64,000 nucleotides of DNA from Octopus sinensis (lineage: Eukaryota): positions 94,426,001 through 94,490,000 of the forward strand of contig NC_043006.1 in assembly GCF_006345805.1 (NCBI RefSeq). Direction: 5' to 3'. A program made the position numbers and the translations under genes. Positions 12,136 through 24,407 of the stretch are shown piece after piece (the stretch's first letter is position 1; each line of letters begins with the position of its first letter). The notes below the pieces were generated by a model. It was not told where the DNA came from. It made no database searches and worked only from the letters and a program-made list of their open reading frames with translations.

Positions 12136-13599
12136 ACCTTTTATGTATATATATATATATATATATATATAAGGAATAAAAAAAAGCGGAGAAAAAAGAC
12201 AACACGGATGAAACTATAACGCGTCGACGTGGTACATGCAAAGTATCAATAGGAGGCACAGAGAAGGAAAGAAATGATGTTTTGAGTTTCGAACAAGGCT
12301 TTTTTTTCAGAAACAGGAGACAGATGAAAGTCCAAGATAAAAAGAAGACGGAGGGGGAAAAATCGCCAACAGTCCACATGTGCTTACATTTTGGACTGTA
12401 TATATATACACGCGCGCACACACAAATAATTAAATAACCAATCGATGGATGCGCGTCACTTCATTATAGCTGTTTCTAGGGGATTTCTTTAATAGATTTC
12501 TTTAATAGTGACGTTTTGTTATATATTTATTTGTTCATAATGCACCTCACTGGACTCCCGACCCGTCGGATATTCTGGAATATACCTAATGACCCACGAC
12601 CAATACAACGTACTCTTTTTGATAGCACATGGGCTATTATAATGCTCATAACGTTTTTAAATTCTCTGTATACATAGCCTGAATATCTCACTGGATGTAT
12701 TTCGGTTCTCATGATACTTATTTGGCTAAAAGTGCTGTTTACAAGTTAATTTTGACTACTTGGTGCCTATCATTCAAGTTTCTAACACGTATGCGCACCT
12801 ATATTAAAACCTGCAAAATTTCAGACATATTTCTGAATCCGGAATTAAAAGCATGAAGTCATTCCAGCACAGTTTCTGATTATAAACAACAACATCTGGG
12901 TGATGGTAAGTAAATGGGACGTGACTACGTTGTAGAAAAAAAGGGTACTGCAAACCAGATGTTTACCAAGCAAACTGTGAGACATATGCACGCGTACACG
13001 CACACACACTCTCATCTAAGTACAAACAAAAGTTCATAACTATATATGCGCACAGGCTGGCTTACAGACAAATCAAATATAAAAACAGTTAGACACGTTT
13101 GTGCGTATATATGTGTGTGTGCATGTGTGGTGTGTGTGTGTGGTGTGTGTGTGTGTGTGTGTGTGTGTGGTGGTGTACGTGTGTGTTGGCTTCAAAAATT
13201 GGACAGATGCACGGCAACGGAGCATCTCCATGTCTTGTGTGTGAATTTTCTGGGGTTTTTTTTGTCGCAATTCTTCTTAATTTTTGATACTTATTTAATG
13301 TAACTCTACGCCTATATATATGTGGGGGGGGATGGGTGTGCGTGTATGTGTGAGTTTGCGTGCGTGGTGTATATATTTATACAAAGATGTATCTATATAT
13401 ATGTATATAAACACTGAGAAGGGTGAGTTACATTTATATATGTAGATGTATTTATATATGAATGTATATATATGTAAAGATTATATATATATATATAAAT
13501 GCATACATATGCATTATTTGTGTAGTTCGATAGAGAGATGAATAGATCAATAGTTAGATAGATAAATAAATAGATATATAGGGAGATATACCTTTATAC

Positions 13600-14140
13600 A
13601 GATTAACCATTCTGATACAAGCATTTGAAAGCAGCCCGTGGGACTCGAACTCGAAATAGAGCATTAATCATGTTTTATGGACACGAACGTGTGCTTCTTG
13701 AGGCCCGTTGATGCCTTGCAAACATTTTGGCAAATGGAACAAGTTGAGGACTCAGTTTTCTTGAGTGTTTGTGGATTATTTACTATGTGTTTTCTTAAGT
13801 GGACAGCTAGGCCTGCTTTTCTTTGCGCCACAAAACCACAATGACAGGTAAGCTTTCCATTTAGAGAAGCAGTGTTTTGCCAGCGTGTCTTCATTCTTGC
13901 ACGAATTTGGTCCCGGTGTTGGAGTCGATTTTGTTCAAATCTTTGAACTGAGGGGAAGCAGGACTGGCGCCAGGCCCTGCCTTCTGCTGCTTTGTTTTCC
14001 CAGGAAGAAAAGGTAATGTTGCATCGTTTCTGATTGTCTTTTAGTTTGTCTATGAAGTGCCAGAGTGACCTTCCAACTGACCTTCCTGTTGGGAATTGGC
14101 GAAAGAGAAATTGCTTTAGAATTCTGATATCACTCACACG
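13600..14140 (-). mobile_element. RTE-clade LINE 3' fragment
   Basis: ORF 13664-14137: DKLKDNQKRCNITFSSWENKA..WRQ..FEQNRLQH..CHCGFVAQRKAGLAVHLRKH resembles the C-terminus of RTE ORF2. Confidence 0.7.
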
Positions 14141-14389
14141 TGAGGGATGATCTAACCAAATAAACTGTATTTTGATAGGGGTGGCTTCAATACCTGATAT
14201 GTTTCTTTGTGCGTGTAAATGTAATATGACATGCGTTGTCTTTAAAATAAGAAAAAGACAGGTGTCAGTCCGTTGCGTAGGTGTCAGTCCGTTGCGTAGG
14301 TGCTACAAAACCATTTGGCAAATGGGTCAGTCACCTGACTTTGATTTTCCTCATATCACCTACCAAGCAAACTTAATAAGGTGTTAAAC

Positions 14390-14456
<67 letters not shown>

Positions 14457-14480
14457 TGATGATGATAATAATAATAATAA

Positions 14481-14974
14481 AGAAAAGGTCACAGAAAACG
14501 AGAAAGCAACCACACTCTGGGATATGCCGATACACACAGATAGAGAAATTAAGGCCAACAGACCAGATATAGTTGTCAGAGATCATGAAGAAAAAAAAAT
14601 GCTTTCTAATTGATGTATCAATACCGGCAGATGACAACGTGTCTCTAAAAGAAATGGAGAAACTTTCAAAATACAAAGACCTGGAAATAGAGGTAACCAG
14701 AATGTGGAATCTAAAAACAGAAACAATTCCTATCATAATAGGTGCATTATGCATGATAAAAAATATTCAGACAAATACATAACAAAAACACCAGGACTTA
14801 CAAACACATATAACATACAGAAAATTGCACTACTAGGCACTGCACACATCCTACGCAGAACACTTTCCATACAGTAACCATCAGAGCATCACAACAAATC
14901 ACAGTACATACCTAAGGCACACAGAGCTGCGCTCGGTAGTGAAGTAAAAGCACGCTATAAAAATAAAACTACTG
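14481..14974 (+). mobile_element. R4/Dong-like non-LTR retrotransposon, 5'-truncated (REL endonuclease)
   Basis: LWDMPIHTDREIKANRPDIVV..CFLIDVSIP..EKLSKYKDL..IPIIIGAL..LLGTAHILRRTL with frameshifts (RPD..D..K, PD-(D/E)xK type); TAA repeats on both sides. Confidence 0.85.
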
Positions 14975-16084
14975 AATAATAATAATAATAAAAGTGTGCA
15001 GGGTTACGGGAAGTGGTGGGGCATTTTGTAGTATTTGCTAAAAATCAAGTTAACGTGGGTTTCTTTCTATGTGATTGTCGAAGTAGTGAGTGTTGCCGAA
15101 ACTCGGTGCGACACAGTAAAGTCGGCATTTCGAAGGAAGATTAAGCAACGAACAATGTATGTTTGTAAGTAAGCATTTCTATAAGGATGAATGAGAAGTC
15201 TTTGTATAAATGTTGGATGACTACTTCAATGGCTACGGGGTGTGCGTGTGTGTGTGTATTTTTGTTCGTGCGTTTTGTGTGTGCGTGCGTGTGCGGGCGT
15301 GTGTGTATATGTGTATGTGCGTGTGTGTGTATTTGTGTTCGTGCATTTTGTGTGTGCGTGTGTTTCTGTGCGTGTCTGTGTGCGTTCGTACCTGTCTGTG
15401 TGCGTGTGTGTCCCCGCGCGCGCGTGCATAGTATAACGTTTTCAAGGTAAGCCTTTCGTTTGCTGTTCAATTTCTGAAGAGCAAGGTCTGAAACAACGTC
15501 GACCTCAGCGGTATTTACTCTCAGAACGTAATAAATTAGAAGAATTGATGCCAAACATATTGTTCGACGCACTAACCATTCCGTACATATTTGTTTAAAT
15601 CAAACCCAGCACTTTCTTGACTGATTCTTTCTTTAATTGATGATGAAATTAATTGGAATTAATTGAATGATCAAATTAACTGAATGATGAAAGATAATGT
15701 TTGTCGTGCTGCGGTTTGGTTCCAGATCCTGAATAAATATTGCAAAGCAATTTGCCCGATTCTCGAACGATTTTGCCAACCTCCTACCATTCAATTTTGT
15801 ACATAGGTACGAATTCAGAAATTTGAAAGTAAAAGTTAACCTATTGAATCGATCCGCAGCACTTCACTGATCCGTTAGTGCCGAAATGTCAGCATCTACC
15901 ATTCTCGGAGATGCCAAAGCAAATTATGTCCCCTGGTCTGGGGCAATTCGGTGCTATTTGGCGCCGTGTAGGGAGCTTTCTCTGGACGCTATGCCGCAGC
16001 AAGTGAGCGTTGAAACCATATACATACTCTATGTATGTGCGACCGATGGTGTATATATTATTAAAGCTGCTTTTAATTCGTAAT

Positions 16085-16123
<39 letters not shown>

Positions 16124-16159
16124 CTATCTCAGTCTGATCATTAAAGACACGCCAAAACT

Positions 16160-16498
16160 TATTCATTGTAAGCCTAGAACTTGTACCATCGGTTACTTTT
16201 GCCGAACCGCTAACTTACGGGGACGTAAAACACACTAACATCGGTTGTCAAGCGATGGTCGGGGCACAAACACAGACACACAAATATATATATATATAGA
16301 TATATACATACATACATATAACTATATCGTATTTATATATATATATATACGACTGACGACTTTCAGTTTCTGTCCACAAAATCCACTCACGAGGCATAGT
16401 AGAAGAAAATCGCCCAAGGTGTCACGCATTGGGGTTGAACCCGGAACCATGTGGCTGGAAAGCAAGCTTCTTACCACACAGGCAGGTCTGCGCCTATG
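16160..16498 (-). mobile_element. SINE family 1 copy
   Basis: Body and head match family 1. Confidence 0.8.
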
Positions 16499-16641
16499 TA
16501 GAAATTGCTTAATATAATAATCATTCTCCTTGAAAATCAATATGATTGCAAGTTCTATGAAAACCTGAAAAGCGATAGTAATCGGACAATACTCGGTCTC
16601 ACCTGCCGAAGTTCCTGTAATTTATTTGCAGGTTATATATA

Positions 16642-16680
<39 letters not shown>

Positions 16681-16767
16681 CATAGTGGTACTAAATATAT
16701 ATTTACTGAACACATTGCATATGGTTTTCAGAATTCACATTTATTCACACACACTCACGCGCGGGAA

Positions 16768-16809
<42 letters not shown>

Positions 16810-17093
16810 AATTTCAACAATTGAGGGTAAAATTAATTAATTATTAATCAATTTCACCAAGTATTCAGTATGTAAAGGGACCATTATAGGCGAATTCAAA
16901 ATATTACATTATAATAAGGGCTTAGTAAAATAATTACTTTGCCACATACTGAACTCATTAGAAATAGCAGCTAAAGAAATTTCTTCAGCTATTTCTAATA
17001 CTTAAAGAAGATCTCTCTCAGATAGTGTTTGCCTAAACTAACTCACAAAAGTATGGGGGAAAAAACATTAAAAAATCAAGTGCAAAGGTTATT

Positions 17094-17144
17094 TGAGAAC
17101 GTACGTTTCTAGATTAGTCATTCGACATTTCTTTCTTCAGCTCA
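17094..17144 (-). ncRNA. Hammerhead-like motif, unit 1
   Basis: Reverse complement of the motif at 18428-18479, with a 1-nt difference in the stem II loop. Confidence 0.5.
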
Positions 17145-17643
17145 GAATTCCTTGAATCGGATTGGGAACACTGAAAGTCGGAGAGCAATACCTTTCGGCT
17201 TCTAATCACCTCTAGAATTCTGCTCGAACTAAAAGTGCTATCAAATTCGAATATGCAAGCGAAGAATTTCTGCTCTCCCCTTTCCACCAGCGTGGGTTAA
17301 AATTGACAAACACCATGTATTAACGGTGAAAACCGCAGCATTTAGCAGAGAAAATTAATTATAATTAACAATTGAGGGTAAAATTAATTAATTATTAATC
17401 AATTTCACCAAGTATCAGTATTAAAGGGACCATTATAGGCGAATTCAAAATATTACATTATATATAAGGGCTTAGTAAAATAAATTACTTTGCCACATAC
17501 TGAACTCATTAGAAATAGCAGCTAAAGAAATTTTCTCAGCTATTTCTAATACTTAAAGAAGATCTCTCTCAGATAGTGTTTGCCTAAACTACTCACAAAA
17601 GTATGGGGGAAAAAACATTAAAAAATCAAGTGCAAAGGTTATT

Positions 17644-17695
17644 TGAGAACGTACGTTTCTAGATTAGTCAATTCGACATTTCTTTCTTCAGCTCA
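17644..17695 (-). ncRNA. Hammerhead-like motif, unit 2
   Basis: Exact reverse complement of 18428-18479. Confidence 0.5.
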
Positions 17696-18427
17696 GAATT
17701 CCTTGAATCGGATTTGGGAACACTGAAAGTCGGGAGCATACCCTTTCGGCTTCTAATCACCTCTAGAATTCTGCTCGAACTAAAAGTGCTATCAAATTCG
17801 AATATGCAAGCGAAGAGTTTTTGCTCTCCTCTTTCCACCAGCGTGGGTTAAAATTGACAAACACCATGTATTAACGGTAGCTGAAGAAAGAAATGTCGAA
17901 TTGACTAATCTAGAAACGTACGTTCTCAAATAACCTTTGCACTTGATTTTTTAATGTTTTTTTCCCCCATACTTTTGTGAGTTAGTTTAGGCAAACACTA
18001 TCTGAGAGAGATCTTCTTTAAGTATTAGAAATAGCTGAAGAAATTTCTTTAGCTGCTATTTCTAATGAGTTCAGTATGTGGCAAAGTAATTTATTTTACT
18101 AAGCCCTTATATATATGTAATATTTTGAATTCGCCTATAATGGTCCCTTTACATACTGAATACTTGGTGAATTGATTAATAATTAATTAATTTTACCCTC
18201 ATTGTTGAAATTATAATTAATTTTCTCTGCTAAATGCTGCGGTTTTCACCGTTAATACTGGTGTTTGTCAATTTTAACCCACGCTGGTGGAAGGGGAGAG
18301 CAGAAATTCTTCGCTTGCATATTCGAATTTGATGCACTTTTAGTTCGAGCAGAATTCTAGAGGTGATTAGAAGCCGAAAGGGTATGCTCCCGACTTTCAG
18401 TGTTCCCAAATCCGATTCAAGGAATTC

Positions 18428-18479
18428 TGAGCTGAAGAAAGAAATGTCGAATTGACTAATCTAGAAACGTACGTTCTCA
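18428..18479 (+). ncRNA. Hammerhead-like motif with non-canonical stem II closure
   Basis: UGAG-CUGAAGA-A-AGA aau GUC gaauu GAC uaa UCU-A-GAAAC-GUAC-GUU-CUCA; palindromic AACGUACGUU stem III; A-A in place of G10.1-C11.1. Confidence 0.5.
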
Positions 18480-18669
18480 AATAACCTTTGCACTTGATTT
18501 TTTAATGTTTTTTTCCCCCATACTTTTGTGAGTTAGTTTAGGCAAACACTATCTGAGAGAGATCTTCTTTAAGTATTAGAAATAGCTGAAGAAATTTCTT
18601 TAGCTGCTATTTCTAATGAGTTCAGTATGTGGCAAAGTAATTTATTTTACTAAGCCCTTATATATACTG

Positions 18670-18708
<39 letters not shown>

Positions 18709-19489
18709 GATATACAGACATATAATTACATGCGCACTCACATATACTCATCATGGATTCCCATATAGCTTGCGTAAAAGTGTTTAAACTCTGTATTATT
18801 TATGGGACGCGCTGTGTATACATGTAAACAGACGTATATTCATATGCATACACAGGCGCAATATATAGAGAAAGAAAGAAAAAAAAGAACGGGTGAGTGA
18901 GAGAGAGAGAGAGAATGTGTGTGTGTGTGTGTGTGTGAGGGAGTGTGTGTGTCTGTGTGTGAATGAAAGTGGGGAGAAAGCGAAAAGAAGGAGATACATC
19001 TACTACAGAAATACAACCATTCTGGAAAGTCGTTATTATAAGCATATAACTATGAAACCATACAGTGTGAAATTGAATACTCGCTGGATTGAAATAGAGA
19101 AAACATAAGGGAGGTGACTCGTGCAGAGAGGAGGTACATGTAATTTAGGTGAGCAACGATAAGGGTCAGCCCTCTCTACCACCACCACCACCACCACCAC
19201 CACCACCACCACCACCACCACTACCATATCTACAGCAGCCATAGGTACAGACGCCAACAAGGGTGTCTCTTCATGATCACCCAGCTTACTAGAAATAGCA
19301 GCTAATTATTTCGTAAACTACATCACCTTACCGTATAAAATGGCTTCAAATTTTTGCACAAGGCCAGCAATTTGGCGAGGAGAGAGCAACATGATTACAT
19401 CGACGGCAGTGTGGTCCTGTGATATTTATTTTATCGACCTTGAAAGAATGAAAGATAAAGTTGAACGCAAAGAGCCAGAAGAAATGCCT

Positions 19490-19720
19490 GTTTCTTTACT
19501 ACCCACAAGGAGCTAAACACAGAGAGGACAAACAAGGACAGACGGAGAGATTAAGTCGATTATATCGACCCCAGTGCGTAACTGGTACTTATTTAATCGA
19601 CCCCGAAAGGATGAAAGGCAAAGTCGACCTTGGCGGAATTTGAACTCAGAACGTAACGGTAGACAAAATACGGCTACACATTTCGCCCGGTGTGCTAACG
19701 TTTCTGCCAGCTCGCCGGAA
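19490..19720 (-). mobile_element. SINE family 2 copy
   Basis: Minus strand gagctggcagaaacgttagcacaccgggcgaaatg...gagttcaaattccgcc (A/B-box-like head). Confidence 0.8.
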
Positions 19721-20439
19721 GAAATGCCGCTAAGCATTTTGTTCGACACACTAACAATTCTTCCAGCTCGCCGCCATCCCCACCGTTTTGACTTCTTTCA
19801 AATTTTGGCAAAAGGACAATCATTTTGAAGATAATGGTTAGATTTCATGCCCCCACCCACCCACGTGCTCAAATGGTATTTATTTTATCGATCCTGTAAA
19901 GACGAAAGGCAAGGTTGATCTACACAGAATTTTATCTCAGAGCCAAAAGAAAAACCGCTGAGCATTTTGTCCGACGCGCTAAGCATTTCTGCCTGCTCAC
20001 CCGCCTTCCTTAGATAAGGGAAAAGGTACAGCAGAGCGTGTTGTTCTGGACGACCTCATTAAAAAGATGGAATAGTCACGGTTGGAAATCCGTTAGTCAT
20101 AAATCTATTGCGATCTAGCTTGAGGTTGGGCTCTACAACAACAACAACAACAACAATAGCAGCAGCAGCAACACCAGCACTAGTAACAACACCAGTAACA
20201 ACTACAACACCACCAACAACAGTAGCAGTCAGCCTAGCTTCCTCCTCTTCTATATTTATATCTCTCTTCTATCTTTTCGTTTTATTTCTTATCCACAGAC
20301 GTATTTCCATCTGTTTTCATATTAATGACCAAAAGAAAAATTAGTTATTTCTCATATTAACCGATTCCTATTAGTTTCTCTGTAGTGACGTTGCTTGTCA
20401 AAAGATAAAAAGAGTTCATTCACACTCCTCCTTTCTCTT

Positions 20440-20645
20440 CTTGCTGCTGCCCTCCTCCTCCTCCACCTTCTCCCCTCTTCTTCTTCTTCTTCTTCTTCTT
20501 CTTCTCTTCTTCTTCTTCCTTCTTCTTCTTTTTTCTTTCTTCTTCTTTCTTCTTCTTCTTCTTCTTCTTCTTTCTTCTTCTTCTTCTTCTTCTTCCTTCT
20601 TCTTCTTCTTCTTGTTCTTCTTGTTCTTCTTCTTGCTCTTCTTCC
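20440..20645. repeat. (TTC)n polypyrimidine microsatellite
   Basis: Directly visible. Confidence 0.95.
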
Positions 20646-21061
20646 AATAAATCAGCATGTTACTTAATTAAACTAAACTGTAACTAGGGTGAGCAATACC
20701 CCGGGTATTTATAGATAAAAGATATCAAAGAGTTATTATTATTGTAGCGGGTTAACTGGTTGACTTTTCATTAAATCTAATTTTGGAGGAAAAGAACTTT
20801 TCCTTTTTGCATTTATTTATCTATTTATTTATTTACTTATATATTTATTTATTATCATTATTATTATTATTATTATTATCATTTTGCACGGCAAATCGTT
20901 CTGCGCGTTCTATAGGTGAGACAGTTTGTCGGTACTCATTCACAAATATCTTCTTGCTGTTCCTCATCCACTCCTCTCTTTCACACCCCTCCATCCCTCT
21001 ACCTCTGTCTTTCTGTCTTCGTATATATATATATAATAATATATATATATATATATATATA

Positions 21062-21122
<61 letters not shown>

Positions 21123-22400
21123 TACAAATACACACACCTTATATATGTGGTGTGGTGTGTGTATGCATATATATTTTAATTATATATATATATATACATA
21201 TATATATGTATATATATATATATTTGCATATATGTATATATATATATTTCTGTGTGTGTATATTATTATATATAGATTATATATAATATATATATATATA
21301 TATTATATATGTATATACATATATATATATATACATATATGCAAATATATATATATCTATATATATATATATATATATATACATATATATATTATATATT
21401 ATGTATATATATATATATTAAAATATATATGCATACATACACACACACATATATATATGTGTGTGGTGTGTGTATGTATGCATACATATATATATATATG
21501 TATATACAGATAGAAAGGCATATATATATGCATGTATATATACATACATATATATATATACATATATATATATACATACATGCATACATATATACATATA
21601 TATATATATACATATGCATACACACACACATATAGGGGAGAGAACGAAGGCTAGGGTGAGTAGAGCGAATGTAAGAGTATCAAAAACGACTTTTGTGAAT
21701 AAACAGCGACAGCAGCGTCACCGACTGGTAACACCATGCCTCACTCGACATATTCACACATAGTTTGTGCCTTCAGCAAACACAAACATACCTCCGCATA
21801 TTTTATTTCGCAACACCAACTTCTGACATATTTGCTTGTCATTCTTACATCGCTACTTGCAGTTTACTCTTTTTTGCTAAGAAAAGAAAAGAAAACAAAC
21901 AAACCAAAAACACTTATTCCCTACGAAGTTTTGCTGAAGAATTCTAATCCAGCATATTTGACTTTTTTGACATTCTTTTAGAGGGATCTAGTTGGTATAC
22001 ATATTGAGTGTGTGGTTCTTCTCAGCAATGCACAAACAGCACCTTTTGTAACGTAATATATGATCTTTATCTTTCGACGCTTTTCTTTTTCACATAGAAT
22101 GCAATCGTATTTTCTTTCAGTTCTAAATGCATAATTCTTTTTTCTTATGTTTCTGAAGGAAGAAGTTTGGTTGAAGTTCTTTAAATTTACCGTCCGTCGT
22201 ACTTAAATACATATTAATTACGAATGGCGTTTAGGCATGGTTGGTGGAGACCAATTCTGCATTATAAATATGTGAAATGGTCTTAGAATGTGCTAGGTTG
22301 TAACGTTATATAGTCTTACAGAATCCTATGTATTCAATGACAGACGAAAAGTTCTACTTTGTCAAAATTATTCGTGGATGGGTAGAAGCTTTACTAATGT

Positions 22401-22825
22401 ATAGGCGCAGGAGTGTCTGTGTGGTAAGTAGCTTGCTAACCAACCACATGGTTCCGGGTTCAGTCCCACTGCGTGGCATCTAGGGAAAGTGTCTTCTGCT
22501 ATAGCCCCGGGCCGACCAATGCCTTGTGAGTGGATTTGGTAGACGGAAACTGAAAGAAGCCTGTCGTATATATGTATATATATATATGTGTGTGTGTGTA
22601 TATGTGTTTGTGTGTCTGTGTTTGTCCCCCTAGCATTGCTTGACAACCGATGCTGGTGTGTTTATGTCCCCGTCACTTAGCGGTTCGGCAAAAGAGACCG
22701 ATAGAATAAGTACTGGGCTTACAAAGAATAAGTCCCGGGTTGGATTTGCTCGACTAAAGGCGGTGCTCCAGCATGGCCGCAGTCAAATGACTGAAACAAA
22801 TAAAAGAGTAAAAGAGTAAAGAGTA
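22401..22825 (+). mobile_element. SINE family 1, full-length reference copy
   Basis: tRNA-like head (ggagtgtctgtgtggtaag...ccgggttcagtccc), internal TA/TG tract, 3' stem-loop CAGTC-AAAT-GACTG and (GTAAAAGA)n tail. Confidence 0.9.
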
Positions 22826-22938
22826 TTTTGTAATGTTTATTATTTGATTTGTGATTGTCAGTGGCAAGCTAATGTCCAAGAAATTTATAAGAGTATAGAA
22901 TAATAATTGTTTTGGTCGAAATTATTAAAAGTAATACA

Positions 22939-23117
22939 GTTCTATATTTAAGAAATGAGGAATTATATACATTATTTACATTATTTACATTTGAGAGATA
23001 TTTGTCCTCATCTTGTTTATTGTTAACACAACGTTTCGGCTGATATACCCTCCAACCTTCATCAGGTGTCTTGGGGAAATTTCGAACCAGAGTTCTCATT
23101 CCTAAGGTATTTTTCGA

Positions 23118-23179
<62 letters not shown>

Positions 23180-23255
23180 TCACTGCCTGGAAGTGAACTC
23201 GGAATCTTGGGGTTATTAGTCCACACTCTTAACCACTACGCCATATGCCCGTGGG
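22939..23255 (-). mobile_element. tRNA-headed, hammerhead-bearing element (family C)
   Basis: Minus strand: A box TGGCGTAGTGG, B-box-like GAGTTCACTTCC, (AAT)n, body, hammerhead 23025-23070, tail; second copy at 60890-61086. Confidence 0.7.
23025..23070 (-). ncRNA. Minimal hammerhead ribozyme
   Basis: GACAC-CUGAUGA-A-GGUUG gaggguauau CAGCC-GAAAC-GUU-GUGUU; palindromic AACGUU. Confidence 0.7.
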
Positions 23256-23288
23256 TACTCTTAACCTCTAATAATAACCAATGATAGC

Positions 23289-23428
23289 AACATCGAAAAA
23301 TACCTTAGGAATGAGAACCCAGGTTCAAAATTTCCCCAAGAGACCTGATGAAGGCTGGAGGGTATATCAACCGAAACGTTGTGTTAAGAACAAAGATGAG
23401 GACAAATATCAGTCAAATGTAAATAATT
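23289..23428 (+). mobile_element. Inverted partial copy of the family C body including hammerhead (23340-23385)
   Basis: Reverse complement of about 22975-23120; CTGATGAAGGCTGGAGGGTATATCAACCGAAACGTTGTGTT. Confidence 0.7.
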
Positions 23429-23454
23429 ATTAAAGGTGTTTATAAGTTCTCTAT

Positions 23455-23950
23455 TCTCAGGGTCTCCAAAGTTCCAGAGGGATTCCCTATACATACTGTG
23501 AAAGGCCTTCTAAAAGTCGATGAAGTCGACTACTAGTGGATTCTGGTTATTCGAGTCACTGCTGAGTGATGTTCCCAAGATTGAAGACCTGTTTTGTGAC
23601 CGACCAGTTGCTTTGGAAGCCAACCTGTTCTTCGCACAGAACAAAATCTAATCTGTATCACAGACTTCTCAGTAACACTGTGCAAAACACCCAACTCGGA
23701 ATCGACAACAGTTTGATGCTTCTCCAGTTTGTTACAGTTTGTCAGGTTTTCCTACTTCGGTAATTTCACGAGAACTCCTTGCTACCAATCTTGAAGGGCT
23801 TGTTCTACCTGCGAACAGTTTTATTGATGCTGCAACTATACTGCCACCACCATTCTTCCGAGATTTCGTCCAGTCCTGCAGTCATGTTGTTATTCATGGC
23901 CGGTTTCAAGGTGAAAGAGTAGCCGAGGCTGGCTAATTGAGTGTTTCTTG
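23455..23950 (-). pseudogene. Decayed RTE-like LINE reverse transcriptase fragment
   Basis: Minus-strand pieces AGLDEI, NWRSIKLLSIPS, EEQVGFQ, VDFIDF*KAF and RESLW align by eye with RT domain motifs (NWRGITLLS / EQAGFR / FIDFEKAF). Confidence 0.7.
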
Positions 23951-24082
23951 AAAGTGTTCCACCCACTTTCGATCTTGCTTTCCGGCAGCCACAAAAGTCC
24001 AAACATTCTTTTATTTTGTTGCAACATTTGCTACATTACAATATTAGAACATTGCCATGTCATAACATCCGGCAAGAGATAG

Positions 24083-24182
24083 NNNNNNNNNNNNNNNNNN
24101 NNNNNNNNNNNNNNNNNNNNNNNNNNNNNNNNNNNNNNNNNNNNNNNNNNNNNNNNNNNNNNNNNNNNNNNNNNNNNNNNNN
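24083..24182. other. Assembly gap (100 N)
   Basis: Directly visible. Confidence 1.
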
Positions 24183-24407
24183 ACCACCGAAAAACCATCA
24201 CCCACATCACCCACACCCACCCACACGAATTTATGACTTGAATACTTAATGTAAGCAATAATTATTTATAAGCTTCTATAAGTAGGAATGTAGATATGGC
24301 AGATAGATTACTTCAAGAAGAGGAAAGAAAGCTACTAAAAATAACAACATAAATACACATTTATATACATACAGATCTATATCTATATCTATGTATATAT
24401 ATGTATA

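Larger units (their letters stand above)
16811..18672. mobile_element. About 550-bp unit repeat: two tandem units, then about 1.45 units inverted (hammerhead-bearing, Penelope/retrozyme-like)
   Basis: aacaattgagggtaaa at 16816 and 17367; inversion junction at 17879; ctgaagaaag at 17881 and 18432. Confidence 0.8.

Noticed and set aside
12527-12910. ORF MRTEIHPVRYSG... and a nearby GTAAGT donor
   Set aside because: No consistent exon frame and no homology; such hexamers are expected by chance many times in 64 kb.
23175-23255. Functional tRNA gene
   Set aside because: T-stem and acceptor stem pair poorly; it is the head of a repeated element.
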